Of a stretch of DNA of 64,000 nt, positions 1 to 10,367 are shown one piece after another. The stretch's first letter is position 1. Every line of letters starts with the position of its first letter. Made by a program: the position numbers and the translations under genes. The notes under the pieces are model-generated. The model saw only the letters and a list, made by a program, of their open reading frames with translations, made no database searches and was not told the DNA's origin. This DNA is from Candidatus Asgardarchaeum abyssi (lineage in GTDB: Archaea > Asgardarchaeota > Asgardarchaeia > Asgardarchaeales > Asgardarchaeaceae): contig JBECUL010000004.1 in NCBI GenBank assembly GCA_040225955.1, forward strand, positions 8,297-72,296, in the 5' to 3' direction.

Positions 1-545
1 GTTGGTAGCTCCTCTAATCTTAGTTCAAATGCGCCGGGAAAGGGTAAATATCTATCTAAGGCTTGGTGAATAATTAAAATACGTTTGGAGTAAGATTCTG
101 CTTCAGTTGAAATTATCTTTAGATCTTCCTTTAGAGCATTTACATAAAACTTTGGATGATAGACAACTCCTCCTATAAAAACATCATTATGCTTTACGTA
201 TTTTATTTTTCTACCAAGTAACACAAAGTTGTCAAAGATAGTAAAAACTGTTTGGGGGGGCATTGCACCCTTTCGATATACTAAGTCATGATTTCCAGGA
301 ATTGCGTAAAATTTTATATTCGCGTCTCTTAGTCTCATAATGGCTTCTTGTGCCACCTTTAATGCTCTTGGATAAGGCCTATTACTCTCAAAAAGATCGC
401 CAGAATGAATGACAAAATCAACATGCTCCTTTATTATTTTATCTATCGCTTCATTAAATGACTCATAAAAATCGTTCTCTCGAGACTCATTGTTAAACTG
501 CCTATATCCCAAATGAGTATCAGAGATATGAGCAAATTGAACCAT
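1..545 (-). CDS. mre11: DNA double-strand break repair nuclease Mre11 (5' part, runs off window start)
   Basis: Not in the ORF track. Manual translation from ATG at 545 gives MVQFAHISDTHLGYRQF...VIHSGDLF...AIPGNHD (Mre11 phosphoesterase motifs). Directly downstream of herA. Confidence 0.93.
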   Translation of the reverse strand, partial: MVQFAHISDTHLGYRQFNNESRENDFYESFNEAIDKIIKEHVDFVIHSGDLFESNRPYPRALKVAQEAIMRLRDANIKFYAIPGNHDLVYRKGAMPPQTVFTIFDNFVLLGRKIKYVKHNDVFIGGVVYHPKFYVNALKEDLKIISTEAESYSKRILIIHQALDRYLPFPGAFELRLEELP

Positions 546-546
546 C

Positions 547-2085
547 TTACCAGTCCCCACACCCTAAAATTTCATCTCTTTCTACTATTTCATCTTTGCG
601 CTTCTTTTCCTCCTCCTCTAATGCCTTTTTCCACTCTCCAACAATGTCTATATCTTGCCCTATGGATTTACCTTTAAACTCATCAATTTTTACCAGCGCG
701 GGTATTTTAGTCATCATGCCTAAAACTATAGCTTCTCCAGGATTTAGTGATGCCAAATAGTCCATTAAGTCTTTAGTGAGCACTTCACTAGCTTTTTGAA
801 CATGTTGCTGATCGGTGGGTTCTACAAGCTTTAAAATTATCATGTTATTTACCTGTGATAACGTATTAGCATCAATAGCTTTAGGTCTTTGACTTACTAG
901 ACATAGACCTATACCAAATTTCCTTCCTTCTCTTGCAATACGTGAAATCCAATACTTTGATAATGTTGTTCTATCTCCGGGAGCAAGAATATGAGCCTCC
1001 TCAATTACTACAAATATTGGATATGGAAATCCTTCACGGAATCTTTTGTACCTTTTTCTTTCACTTAATAATCTTCTTAATACATGACTAACTATCACAT
1101 CGGTGAAATCCTCATCGACCGAGCCAAGATCTATCACATTCGCCTCTCCTAAATGAATGACATTTAGATAGTCCGCTGCTTTTTCATCTATGATATGCTT
1201 GTATTTTTCTGTCAGATCATCTAACTTATTGAGAACCGCAGCCACAGCACTTCTGTCTTGGCTTGCAAGTTTTTTACTTTTCTTATCTTCACCACTCTCA
1301 AGCAACGCTTGAAGGTATAGCTTCATTTCTTCAATTAATGGTTTCTTTAACTTATTCTTCTGCATAAGTTCTTTTACATGAGAATACGCCTTTCTTAGGT
1401 ATCTTAACTGAATAAAAGCGTTTGATGGAATATTCATTAATATTTCTAATTCCGGCAGAGAAAGAAGCCTAGGATTAAGAGAAGGTCTTATTTTATTGAC
1501 TCGCCCATTTTCGAATCTTGCAGTGACATATTCAGAGTGCATGTCAAAAATGAGAACACAACCACCGATTTTCAGTAGCTGATCTACAATAATTGCAACA
1601 GTATTTGACTTTCCAGCGCCAGTTACGGCTAAAATTGCTAAATGACGCGATATCATTTTATTTGCATCAATGTAAACCTCAACATCAGGGTGAGATATTA
1701 ATCGACCTATCTTTATGCCAGTTTTTTCATTCCAGAAAATTTTTCCTAAAATATCTCTTGTAGCTTTATGTATAATGGTTCCTGGAGGAGGAGGGACCTT
1801 TGGGATTTCGAGATTTTCTACATCACCAAGTATCCTAACAACGCCTCTTATATAATAGTCTTCACCTTCTATTGCTTTTATTCTCTCTATAATTTCGGGA
1901 TCGTAAATATCACTTGAAATCGCAATATTTCCTCTCACTAAAAATGTAACTAATCCTAGAACTTTTCTGCCATCAAATTCTATTACAACATACTCCCCCA
2001 CTCTTGGCATCTTTTTAGAGATAAACGTAACATAGGAGGGTGTTGACTCACCAATACATCTTCCTACAATATCTTCCTCGCTCAT
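547..2085 (-). CDS. herA: DNA helicase/translocase HerA
   Basis: N-terminal HAS barrel, Walker A AVTGAGKS, Walker B IEEAH, REGRKFG and SQRP motifs; lies between nurA and mre11. Confidence 0.95.
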   Translation of the reverse strand: MSEEDIVGRCIGESTPSYVTFISKKMPRVGEYVVIEFDGRKVLGLVTFLVRGNIAISSDIYDPEIIERIKAIEGEDYYIRGVVRILGDVENLEIPKVPPPPGTIIHKATRDILGKIFWNEKTGIKIGRLISHPDVEVYIDANKMISRHLAILAVTGAGKSNTVAIIVDQLLKIGGCVLIFDMHSEYVTARFENGRVNKIRPSLNPRLLSLPELEILMNIPSNAFIQLRYLRKAYSHVKELMQKNKLKKPLIEEMKLYLQALLESGEDKKSKKLASQDRSAVAAVLNKLDDLTEKYKHIIDEKAADYLNVIHLGEANVIDLGSVDEDFTDVIVSHVLRRLLSERKRYKRFREGFPYPIFVVIEEAHILAPGDRTTLSKYWISRIAREGRKFGIGLCLVSQRPKAIDANTLSQVNNMIILKLVEPTDQQHVQKASEVLTKDLMDYLASLNPGEAIVLGMMTKIPALVKIDEFKGKSIGQDIDIVGEWKKALEEEEKKRKDEIVERDEILGCGDW

Positions 2086-3182
2086 AACATTTCTCTCCCA
2101 GTAGTTTCTAAAAATTCTATTCCAAGCGCTTTTGCAATCTCCAACATTTCTTTTCTCGTTATTTTGACATCACGATGAGCCCTTGTTAGGAGATAGGGAT
2201 AACCGTTTACAATGTATGGCTCTAAATCATTAAGTATTTCTTTTATGTAATCTTCATCACAATCTTCATTAACAATTTCAAACTTCAAAACAGTTGAATT
2301 TTTCGAAAATCGAACATAGAAAAATGAAATGCTAATATTTCGGAAAAGACTCTCAAGAATCGGAAATGCAATTTTATATTTTTTACTAACGATATCAACC
2401 ACCTTAATTGGTTTAAAAGAAAAGCCAGCTGCTCTATTATATCTTTCGAAGATTGCCATATCGGGGATTGCCCTGCCAAAGTAATGATTGCCTGAAGACC
2501 TTTTTGATACAGCAATTATTTTACTTTCGCTTTTAAGTAGTTTTGAAAGAGTTAATAAATTTTCTAAGTATTCTAGATATACCATTGCAGCTGTTATTTT
2601 TTCAATATCCTCATTGCCTATTATATCTATTACATCATCATAAAGTGTTTTTGCGTAAACGCATGAAAATTCTTCAGAGTTTAATGAGTTCTCGATTTTC
2701 GTGAAGAATATATCTCTGAGTTTGTTTTTTATTGTAACGTTCGGTCTATGAGCATAGGCAGCAGGTCTAATGATATCACCCATTATTGATCCATCTAAAA
2801 GAACATAATCAAAATTTTTCTTTTCAGAAAGAAGTTTCAAAACTACTTTCTTTTCCAATATTGACATATAGAAGCGTACCCTATCTCTTATGAACTTATA
2901 TGGGATCAGTACGTCAACATCATAATTCGTCACTATTTTTAGGTTATTACCATCAAAAGCTACAGCTTCCGCGGCTACAGCATATATTAGATATTTCTTA
3001 TACTCAATATAATTAAAGCTACCATCCTCTGCAACAATGGGCTTTCTTATCTCACCCTTGGGTGTATATTCTCTCCAAAAATCTTGAGGTGCCACTTCGG
3101 ATAACGTTCCTTCCATGTTTTTAAGTTTCTCTAAAAGGTAATTCTTTCTCTCTACAACATATTCTATAAGCTTCTCAAACAT
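2082..3182 (-). CDS. nurA: DNA double-strand break repair nuclease NurA
   Basis: AEDGS, LLDGS, VSKRS and GYPYLLTRAH motifs; 4-bp overlap with herA. Confidence 0.93.
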   Translation of the reverse strand: MFEKLIEYVVERKNYLLEKLKNMEGTLSEVAPQDFWREYTPKGEIRKPIVAEDGSFNYIEYKKYLIYAVAAEAVAFDGNNLKIVTNYDVDVLIPYKFIRDRVRFYMSILEKKVVLKLLSEKKNFDYVLLDGSIMGDIIRPAAYAHRPNVTIKNKLRDIFFTKIENSLNSEEFSCVYAKTLYDDVIDIIGNEDIEKITAAMVYLEYLENLLTLSKLLKSESKIIAVSKRSSGNHYFGRAIPDMAIFERYNRAAGFSFKPIKVVDIVSKKYKIAFPILESLFRNISISFFYVRFSKNSTVLKFEIVNEDCDEDYIKEILNDLEPYIVNGYPYLLTRAHRDVKITRKEMLEIAKALGIEFLETTGREML

Positions 3183-3313
3183 AGATGCCCCTCAATAACG
3201 CCTTATTTAAACATAAATTAATTATAATGTATCAACTTACTGTAATTTAATCACCAACTCAAAAATATTTAAATTGTTATTTCATATAGCATTAGTAGTT
3301 AAGTGGTGATAGT

Positions 3314-4774
3314 ATGAGCGCTAAAAATGAGGGGCCTCCATCGCTTCATGACATCGAGATCGGAGAGAAAATAGAAATTGGGAAATTCCGGATGGATCGA
3401 GAGTATGTCGAGTATATTGCTGAACAAGCGCTCAGTGAGAATAAATGGGTAATAATGGTTGTTGTTGGGACTAAACCAGATTTTTATAAGCAATACTCGT
3501 TACTTTACTGGGCACAAGAGCTAGATGTCCCCGTAATTCTTGCAACAACAGGACAACATTATGATGAACTTCTTGGATACGGCTTAAAGGAATTCCGAAT
3601 GTATCCCTCTATTGATTTATGTATAAGAGGAGATTTGCTACGTAAAGCAACAGAGATGTTTTACCGCATAGGTCAGCTAGGTAAATGGCTAAAAAAGAAA
3701 TATCCGAAACTTGTTGTCCTACCAATACCTCATGGTGATACTCTTAGTGCAGCTATTGTTTCAGCATCATGGTTTCTTTCAACAAGACAAGGAGTTGGGC
3801 AAAATGAAGCAGGGCTTCGTGGAATGGCACCTAAATCGTGGAGGAATAACGAAGTATACCATAAAATGAAAAATGTAACTATTGATTTTTCAAAATTCAT
3901 CGAAGATCAGTGGTATGGAGAATGGTTTGTTCTTCGAAACGAGCCTTATCCAGAACAATGGGATACATTTGTTAGTGGTGCAGGATCAGCTTATTTATTT
4001 GCACCCCACGAGATAAATAAGAAACACCTTTTAAATGAAGGATATCAAGAAGAAAGTATCCAAGTTGTAGGTAATTCTGTAGTCGATGCTATAAAGCTTG
4101 TTCCAAAACCAGAAAAATCAATTTTCGATATTTATCCCAAACTTGAGGAATATGATAATTGGATTCGTGTTGATATTCACAGACGAGGAAATTTGGTAGA
4201 GTCACGATTTAAATCAATTGTAGAAGGGATTATTTCCCTTGTTAAAAAGGGACAACCAGTTGTTTGGGTTGAGCTTGTTGCAACAAGAGAAGCTCTGGAA
4301 TTTTATGGTTTAAGAGATAAGATAATACGACTGTCAGAGGAATATGAAAACTTCTTATTTACACCATTATGGGCAAGTTACGGTAATGTAATAGAATTTT
4401 GGAAGAGTGGACATTGTATTGCCGAATTAACAGATAGCGGAAGCGTGCAAGAGGAGTTAAATGATATTTCAGAGGTCTTATGCTTAACTATCCGTTGTAA
4501 TACTGATAGACCAGAGAGTGTATTTGATGCTAATTCTAATTTATTGGTACCACCAGTTTCTGGTGAATTTATTTCAAAATTTGTTAATTTTGTTTTGAAT
4601 TCAGATGACATTATTAACCATATGAGAAATGCCAAAAAAATATATGGAGTAGACGTAGGAAAGAAAATAATTTCGTTCTTGCTGAAGGAGATGGAGCGTG
4701 GCGAGTATCCGTTTAAATGGGTACATCAACAACTTTGGGATATACCACCAGAGAAGAGTCCAGAGTATCTATGA
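3314..4774 (+). CDS. UDP-N-acetylglucosamine 2-epimerase family protein (WecB-like, extended)
   Basis: VVGTKPD, TGQHYD, HGDT, EAGLR, VVGNSVVDA and TDSGSVQEE motifs. Confidence 0.85.
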   Translation: MSAKNEGPPSLHDIEIGEKIEIGKFRMDREYVEYIAEQALSENKWVIMVVVGTKPDFYKQYSLLYWAQELDVPVILATTGQHYDELLGYGLKEFRMYPSIDLCIRGDLLRKATEMFYRIGQLGKWLKKKYPKLVVLPIPHGDTLSAAIVSASWFLSTRQGVGQNEAGLRGMAPKSWRNNEVYHKMKNVTIDFSKFIEDQWYGEWFVLRNEPYPEQWDTFVSGAGSAYLFAPHEINKKHLLNEGYQEESIQVVGNSVVDAIKLVPKPEKSIFDIYPKLEEYDNWIRVDIHRRGNLVESRFKSIVEGIISLVKKGQPVVWVELVATREALEFYGLRDKIIRLSEEYENFLFTPLWASYGNVIEFWKSGHCIAELTDSGSVQEELNDISEVLCLTIRCNTDRPESVFDANSNLLVPPVSGEFISKFVNFVLNSDDIINHMRNAKKIYGVDVGKKIISFLLKEMERGEYPFKWVHQQLWDIPPEKSPEYL

Positions 4775-4867
4775 CAATCATTGTGAATCATACAATTTTT
4801 GAAACTTTAATATTAGAAATTTGAGTTATTTCTTTTTCTTTTATGTGAAAAATTTTTTAAGTATAGT

Positions 4868-5908
4868 ATGTTGTTAGAAGAACGAAAAGCAACAGAGGTG
4901 GCTTATTTGTCTAATAAACCTACCATTGCAATTGTTGGTGGTTCTGGGTATATAGGTTCGTGGACCGCTTATAAAATGTTAGAATCTTACAATGTCCGTG
5001 TTATTGACATTAAAGACCCTCCTGAAAGAATAAAAGACCATGTAGAGTTTATGAAAACAGATGTTCGAGAATATGAGGCCTTAAAAAAGGCTTTAGATGG
5101 AGTTGATGTTGTAATTTATACCGCAATTATTCAGATACCTCAGATAAATGAACAAAAACAATTAGCATATGAGGTAAATATTTTAGGCCTACAGAATGCA
5201 TGCAGAATAGTTGATGAGTCAGATACCACTAAAGCACTTATATTATCTGGCTCATGGCATGTCTTTGGAGAACATGGAATAGAAGGTGTCATAAGGGAAG
5301 ATTTTGGCCTTCGCCCAGATAAAGTAGAACCGCGTGCAAGGCTTTATGCAATTAATAAAATAGGTCAGGAAACGATTGTTAGGATATATGATGAAATGTC
5401 GGAGAAAATATTCGGCATAATTAGAATGGGCACTGTACTTGGTGAAGGAATGCCCAAGAAAACAGCTGCTAACATATTCATAGAAAGGGGTATTAGAGGT
5501 GAGACGCTAACACCTTATAAGCATAGTATGTATAGACCAATGTTATATGTTGACGTTCTTGATATCGCAAAAGCCTTCAAAGCTTTTGTTGATAGAGTGT
5601 TCTCTGGGGATATAAAAAAGGACAATAAAGGAAGTCTTAGTCATATTGTAAATGTTGTCTGGCACGAACCAATAACAATATATGACCTAGCAGTCATAAT
5701 TAAGAGTTTGATTGAAAAACACACCAACGGTAAAATATCTCCAGAGATCGAGATTGTTGACACTGGACAACCAATGGTGTATAATGAGAACGACAAAAAG
5801 AAGCTTAGAGTGGATACCACAAAGGTTAAGGAGTTACTTGGAATTGAAAAATTAGCAAGCCCGGAGGAGGTATTAGAAAGATTAATACTAGCTAGGTTAA
5901 AAAAGTAG
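4868..5908 (+). CDS. NAD-dependent epimerase/dehydratase (extended SDR)
   Basis: GGSGYIG Rossmann motif and YAINK (YxxxK). Confidence 0.88.
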   Translation: MLLEERKATEVAYLSNKPTIAIVGGSGYIGSWTAYKMLESYNVRVIDIKDPPERIKDHVEFMKTDVREYEALKKALDGVDVVIYTAIIQIPQINEQKQLAYEVNILGLQNACRIVDESDTTKALILSGSWHVFGEHGIEGVIREDFGLRPDKVEPRARLYAINKIGQETIVRIYDEMSEKIFGIIRMGTVLGEGMPKKTAANIFIERGIRGETLTPYKHSMYRPMLYVDVLDIAKAFKAFVDRVFSGDIKKDNKGSLSHIVNVVWHEPITIYDLAVIIKSLIEKHTNGKISPEIEIVDTGQPMVYNENDKKKLRVDTTKVKELLGIEKLASPEEVLERLILARLKK

Positions 5909-5955
5909 TTACGTGATTTCTTTTTATTACTATCTTTATTATTATCGCTCTTTAG

Positions 5956-7146
5956 GTGTTCTTAATGGATAACTTCTCGGGTTTAAGAAAGAAAAACATG
6001 CTCATCATGAATCAAATGAGAATACATAGCACTTATAAGATTCCAGGAAAAGGGTATTCCGAAGCTTTAGCTTTATCAACGATTTTTAATAAAGTAGTTT
6101 TTGTATGTTTTACGGAAAAGGAGCACATGTTATCTAGGAAAATAAGAGAAAATTTTTTGCTTTTTGCTACACCTCTTAGGATATTTGGTAGTGTTTTTCA
6201 AACGGTTAAAAGCCTATTTCTCAACTATCTATTTCTTACGATTTTTTTAACTAAATTGGTCTTTAAATATAAAATTCATCTGATTCGTGTCGAAAATGTA
6301 ATCTTGGCAGGCTTACCAGTATACCTAACCAGCAAGATTACGAAAACTCCTTATGGTGTATGGCTTGGAGGGTTTGAGAGGAAAGCGCTAGAGGTAAAAT
6401 ATGGAAAGAGTATGTTGATAAAAATGTTGACCTATTTTTTAGTACTTCTTGAATTTATTGTGTTAAGGGGAGCAAAATTTGTTTTTTGTGTGTCTCCTGA
6501 ATTGAAGGATCTTGCTCAAGAAAGAGGAGCAAAAAATGTAATTTCAAGCCCCAATTTTGTAGATTTTTCAAAATTTAAGCCACTAACACCTCCTTTAACT
6601 GAGGAAAAAAACATAAAATTCCTCTATGTTGGAAGGCTTGAAGAAGAGAAGGGAATAAAAGTTCTTATGGAGGCTACTAAATTTCTATTAGAAAAGACTA
6701 CTGATTTTAAATTATTTATTGTTGGCCAAGGGACTCTTATGGGGTATATTAGGGATTTTGTAGCGAAAAATAAATTGGAAGGGTATGTTGAAATACTAGG
6801 TTCCTTTGGACATGATGATATGCCTAAAATTTATAATATGTCAGATGTCTTTATTTTGCCGTCTTATACAGAGGGTGCTCCGGCAGCTATGCTAGAGGCG
6901 ATGGCTTGTGGAAGAGCCATAATCGCTACTAAAGTGGGAATGGTACCTAAGATACTCTTTCATGGAAAAGATGGAATTCTTATAAATCCAGGAAGTCCTA
7001 AAGAGTTAGCAGATGCTATGTATTACTTCATAATAAACAAAGATAAAATATCTCAGTTTGGAGAGAATGCATATAAAAGAGCTCTAGAAATTTCGAAGAA
7101 TTATTTATCATTACATGCGTCAGTTTACTCGAGATTTTTAAAATAA
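5956..7146 (+). CDS. Glycosyltransferase family 4
   Basis: YVGRLEEEKG and PSYTEGAPAAMLEAMACG (ExxxxxxxE). Confidence 0.92.
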   Translation: MFLMDNFSGLRKKNMLIMNQMRIHSTYKIPGKGYSEALALSTIFNKVVFVCFTEKEHMLSRKIRENFLLFATPLRIFGSVFQTVKSLFLNYLFLTIFLTKLVFKYKIHLIRVENVILAGLPVYLTSKITKTPYGVWLGGFERKALEVKYGKSMLIKMLTYFLVLLEFIVLRGAKFVFCVSPELKDLAQERGAKNVISSPNFVDFSKFKPLTPPLTEEKNIKFLYVGRLEEEKGIKVLMEATKFLLEKTTDFKLFIVGQGTLMGYIRDFVAKNKLEGYVEILGSFGHDDMPKIYNMSDVFILPSYTEGAPAAMLEAMACGRAIIATKVGMVPKILFHGKDGILINPGSPKELADAMYYFIINKDKISQFGENAYKRALEISKNYLSLHASVYSRFLK

Positions 7147-7217
7147 TATTTAATTATCAGACATCATACTACAAATGTAATATATAGGAGTAACTAAGTG
7201 GCTATGAGGTAATTGTA

Positions 7218-8729
7218 TTGCCGCATTTACTAAAAATAAATAGACCACAGATGCTTTATCTTTACGCTTTCATGATTGGATTTCTTATTAGGGTTATTCC
7301 AGAAATTATTGCATATCCGTGGCCAGTAGGGTGGGATACAGTAGGGTACATTGCAAGTACTATCATTACACGAAAAGACTATATTGGAACCCTTTCATCA
7401 TATATTCTACAAAAGAGACTACCGGCGTTTTTCGTATTTTTACAAGTTCTTATAGCGTTAATACCGTGCGATGATTTCCTTTTATGGAAAATCGTTCCAT
7501 CAATTCTTTATGGGTTGCTGGGTATATCTGTGTTGTATTTTTTAAAATCATATTATAATCTCAATTCGACACAATCAATAATAGGGGTGATATTTGTACT
7601 TCTTGCAGTTCCATCTCTTAGAATCTCTTGGGATTTACATAAAAATCTCTTAGCTAACATATTTCTAGTTGCTGGAATGGCAGATTTTGAAAACAAAAAC
7701 TTTAGAAAGCGTATAAGATCCTTTATAATGCTCATATTAGCGGTTCTCTCACATCAATTAGTAGCAGCCCAAATATGTTTGATTATGATATTTTATTTCT
7801 TTGCGATTTTTGTTCTTTCTTTTAAAAAGTCAATAAATATGAGCATTATTCATTTGATAGACAAAGTAATTCTATTAGTAATAGCAGGAGCATTTACTTT
7901 ATTTTACTCAGGAATTTATCCGCCAGGAGGAGAGGTTACTGTTTCTGCAACAAACCTTCTTTTAAGTCTATCACTTCTTGATAAAATTATGAATGCCATT
8001 TCGGTAGTAAATCTATTTATTGCATTTTTCTTCCTATACATTCCATACTTCTATAAAAGACTTAATTTACTCATGAATATTTGGATTCTTTCATCTCTAG
8101 TTCCTGCATTTTCCCCACTGACACTAGTAGTAGAGATTTCATTTTGGAGCCGCTGGATGTTTCAAGGTGTGTATCCACTCACGCTAACAAGTTGGGCATA
8201 TCTCTCTCAATATATTGATACCTACAACAGTAATAATATTATTCAAGCCTTTATGTCTGCGGAAAAAAATGTAAAGAGAGTTTTTCTCATAACTATTATA
8301 CTAAGCACAGGTTATCTTGTCTTGACTCCAGATTTTCCTTTACCAATTTATGCAAGCCCATTAACTGTTAAATATGCGCCCTCTTCAATGGTTCAAAATA
8401 CAATGCCGATAGATGAGAATCCCAATATAGTAGATGTCTTCCAATGGGTTATGGAAAATGTTCCTCAAGGTTCGTTAATTCTAACTGCTCATCCATTCTA
8501 TAAATGGGCAATTATACTTCTTGACGGATATAACTACACCATCATAAATGTCAAATTTAATGTGTCATATGCAACAGAAATAGCTAAGAATAATACTAAC
8601 TCACCAACTTATTTAATCGCTACTAGAAGGGGGTGCCAGTTTCATTCTATTGTGATACCAGAAGCCGAATATGAGGAGATATATTCAAAAGGGGATGTTA
8701 GTGTTTATCTTTATAAGGAAAATAAGTAG
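7218..8729 (+). CDS. Multi-pass membrane protein, putative GT-C-fold glycosyltransferase
   Basis: About 11-13 hydrophobic segments, first-loop GWDTVGY, RISWDLHKN and a soluble C-terminal domain; directly upstream of a flippase. Confidence 0.55.
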   Translation: MPHLLKINRPQMLYLYAFMIGFLIRVIPEIIAYPWPVGWDTVGYIASTIITRKDYIGTLSSYILQKRLPAFFVFLQVLIALIPCDDFLLWKIVPSILYGLLGISVLYFLKSYYNLNSTQSIIGVIFVLLAVPSLRISWDLHKNLLANIFLVAGMADFENKNFRKRIRSFIMLILAVLSHQLVAAQICLIMIFYFFAIFVLSFKKSINMSIIHLIDKVILLVIAGAFTLFYSGIYPPGGEVTVSATNLLLSLSLLDKIMNAISVVNLFIAFFFLYIPYFYKRLNLLMNIWILSSLVPAFSPLTLVVEISFWSRWMFQGVYPLTLTSWAYLSQYIDTYNSNNIIQAFMSAEKNVKRVFLITIILSTGYLVLTPDFPLPIYASPLTVKYAPSSMVQNTMPIDENPNIVDVFQWVMENVPQGSLILTAHPFYKWAIILLDGYNYTIINVKFNVSYATEIAKNNTNSPTYLIATRRGCQFHSIVIPEAEYEEIYSKGDVSVYLYKENK

Positions 8730-8731
8730 AT

Positions 8732-10360
8732 GTGACAAAAATGTCTTTGGTGAATGAAGCTGAGAGCTATGTCAGAAGAACATATTTTTTCATGGGAGGA
8801 AAGATTATATCTACTGTAATTTCCATGATAGGAACCATAATAGTTATTCGACTTTTAGATCCCAAAGATTATGGACTTCTTAATGTTGCCTTTATTATAC
8901 CTTTTCTTCTTATACTTGCTGCTGAATTAGGGTTAAATAATGCAAGCATACATTACATTGCTAAATATAGAAAGGAAAGAAATTTCTCCGAAATAAAAAA
9001 CATAATTAAACTTAATATATTAACAAAAATAGTACTAAGTATGTTTTTTTCACTTCTTGTATTCTATTTCTCGGACGCTATAGCGTATTTTGTTTTCGAT
9101 GTAAAAGATCCCCGCCTTTCACTTTTAATAAAGATAGCATCCGTCGGTATAATAGCCAATACCATTTTTGATGCCGCACTATCAATTTTTATTGGATATG
9201 AAAGAATGGAGTACGTGAGTATGACTTTAATTCTACAATCCACTCTTCGTTCCGTGATATCACCAACTCTTATAATATTAGGATTTGGTGTAATTGGACC
9301 TATGATTGGCTATGTTTTTGCAGCACTAATGGCAACATTGTTTAATCTATTTATCATCTTCACAAGATTATATCCATATAAGATAAAATCTGCCGAGCCC
9401 TTTTTCTCTACATTTAAGGAGATGATTAAATACGGTTTACCACTTTCTATAGTTTCAATAATTACAGGGCTTAGAACCCAAATCTTTAACTTTATACTTA
9501 CGAGAAAAGCAACTCTTGATGAGGTGGGATTTTTCAATATTACAATTGCTCTATCAGCAATAATGTTACTTTTTGTAAGGCCCATATCGTTAACACTTTT
9601 TCCAGCCTTTTCTAGATATAGTTGGGAGAAGAAAGAGGAAAGGATTTTTCTAATTGAATATTTTCATCGTTCAATTAAGTATTCTAGCTTATTCCTAGTT
9701 CCAGTCTCCTTGATGATCACAATATTCTCTAAGGAGATAATATTTTTGGTGTATGGACCCAATTATATAAATGCTTACAAGTTTGTATCTATCTATTTTC
9801 TGACATATATTTTAATATCTGTAGGACTTTTAACAATCCCTAATTTTCTCAATGGTCAAGGAAAAACAATTATTGTCTTCTACGGCGAACTTATTCGTCT
9901 GCTTGCTGGAGCTTCTCTTGCGTATCTTTTGGTTATTAGTATAGGAGGAGTAGGTGTTGTTGTAGGTCTGCTAGTAGGCTCAATTGTAGGTCAGATATAC
10001 TTTATTATTTGGGTCTATAGAAAATATGGCAAAGAGCTTCTTGTGAACTTTTATGAATCAATGAAGATAATCCTTACTGCAGGTGTATCATGCTTTATCG
10101 CACTTTATACATATTCCTTAATTTTTGAAGTATTAATTTTTTTGCAACCAGTATTTTCAGTTTTCCTTGGATTATTATTTTCATCTCTAATATATCTTAT
10201 ATCTTTCTTGATATTAGGAGCTGCTATGTATATTGTTTCCCCTGAGGAATTAATATTCTTAAAGAGCCTCTTTTCAAAGATTAAGCCAGTAGGTGTTATT
10301 GCAATATTTATTATGGCAATCGAACAAAAGCTTGTAGAAAGAATGCACAAAAAATCATGA
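8732..10360 (+). CDS. Oligosaccharide flippase (Wzx/MOP family)
   Basis: IRLLDPKDYG, ELGLNNASIHYIAKY and LFPAFS motifs; about 14 TM segments. Confidence 0.88.
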   Translation: MTKMSLVNEAESYVRRTYFFMGGKIISTVISMIGTIIVIRLLDPKDYGLLNVAFIIPFLLILAAELGLNNASIHYIAKYRKERNFSEIKNIIKLNILTKIVLSMFFSLLVFYFSDAIAYFVFDVKDPRLSLLIKIASVGIIANTIFDAALSIFIGYERMEYVSMTLILQSTLRSVISPTLIILGFGVIGPMIGYVFAALMATLFNLFIIFTRLYPYKIKSAEPFFSTFKEMIKYGLPLSIVSIITGLRTQIFNFILTRKATLDEVGFFNITIALSAIMLLFVRPISLTLFPAFSRYSWEKKEERIFLIEYFHRSIKYSSLFLVPVSLMITIFSKEIIFLVYGPNYINAYKFVSIYFLTYILISVGLLTIPNFLNGQGKTIIVFYGELIRLLAGASLAYLLVISIGGVGVVVGLLVGSIVGQIYFIIWVYRKYGKELLVNFYESMKIILTAGVSCFIALYTYSLIFEVLIFLQPVFSVFLGLLFSSLIYLISFLILGAAMYIVSPEELIFLKSLFSKIKPVGVIAIFIMAIEQKLVERMHKKS

Positions 10361-10367
10361 CATAGCC

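Noticed and set aside
547-3182. HerA-NurA as an anti-phage nuclease-ATPase defence system
   Set aside because: Linkage to mre11 identifies it as the housekeeping archaeal end-resection operon.
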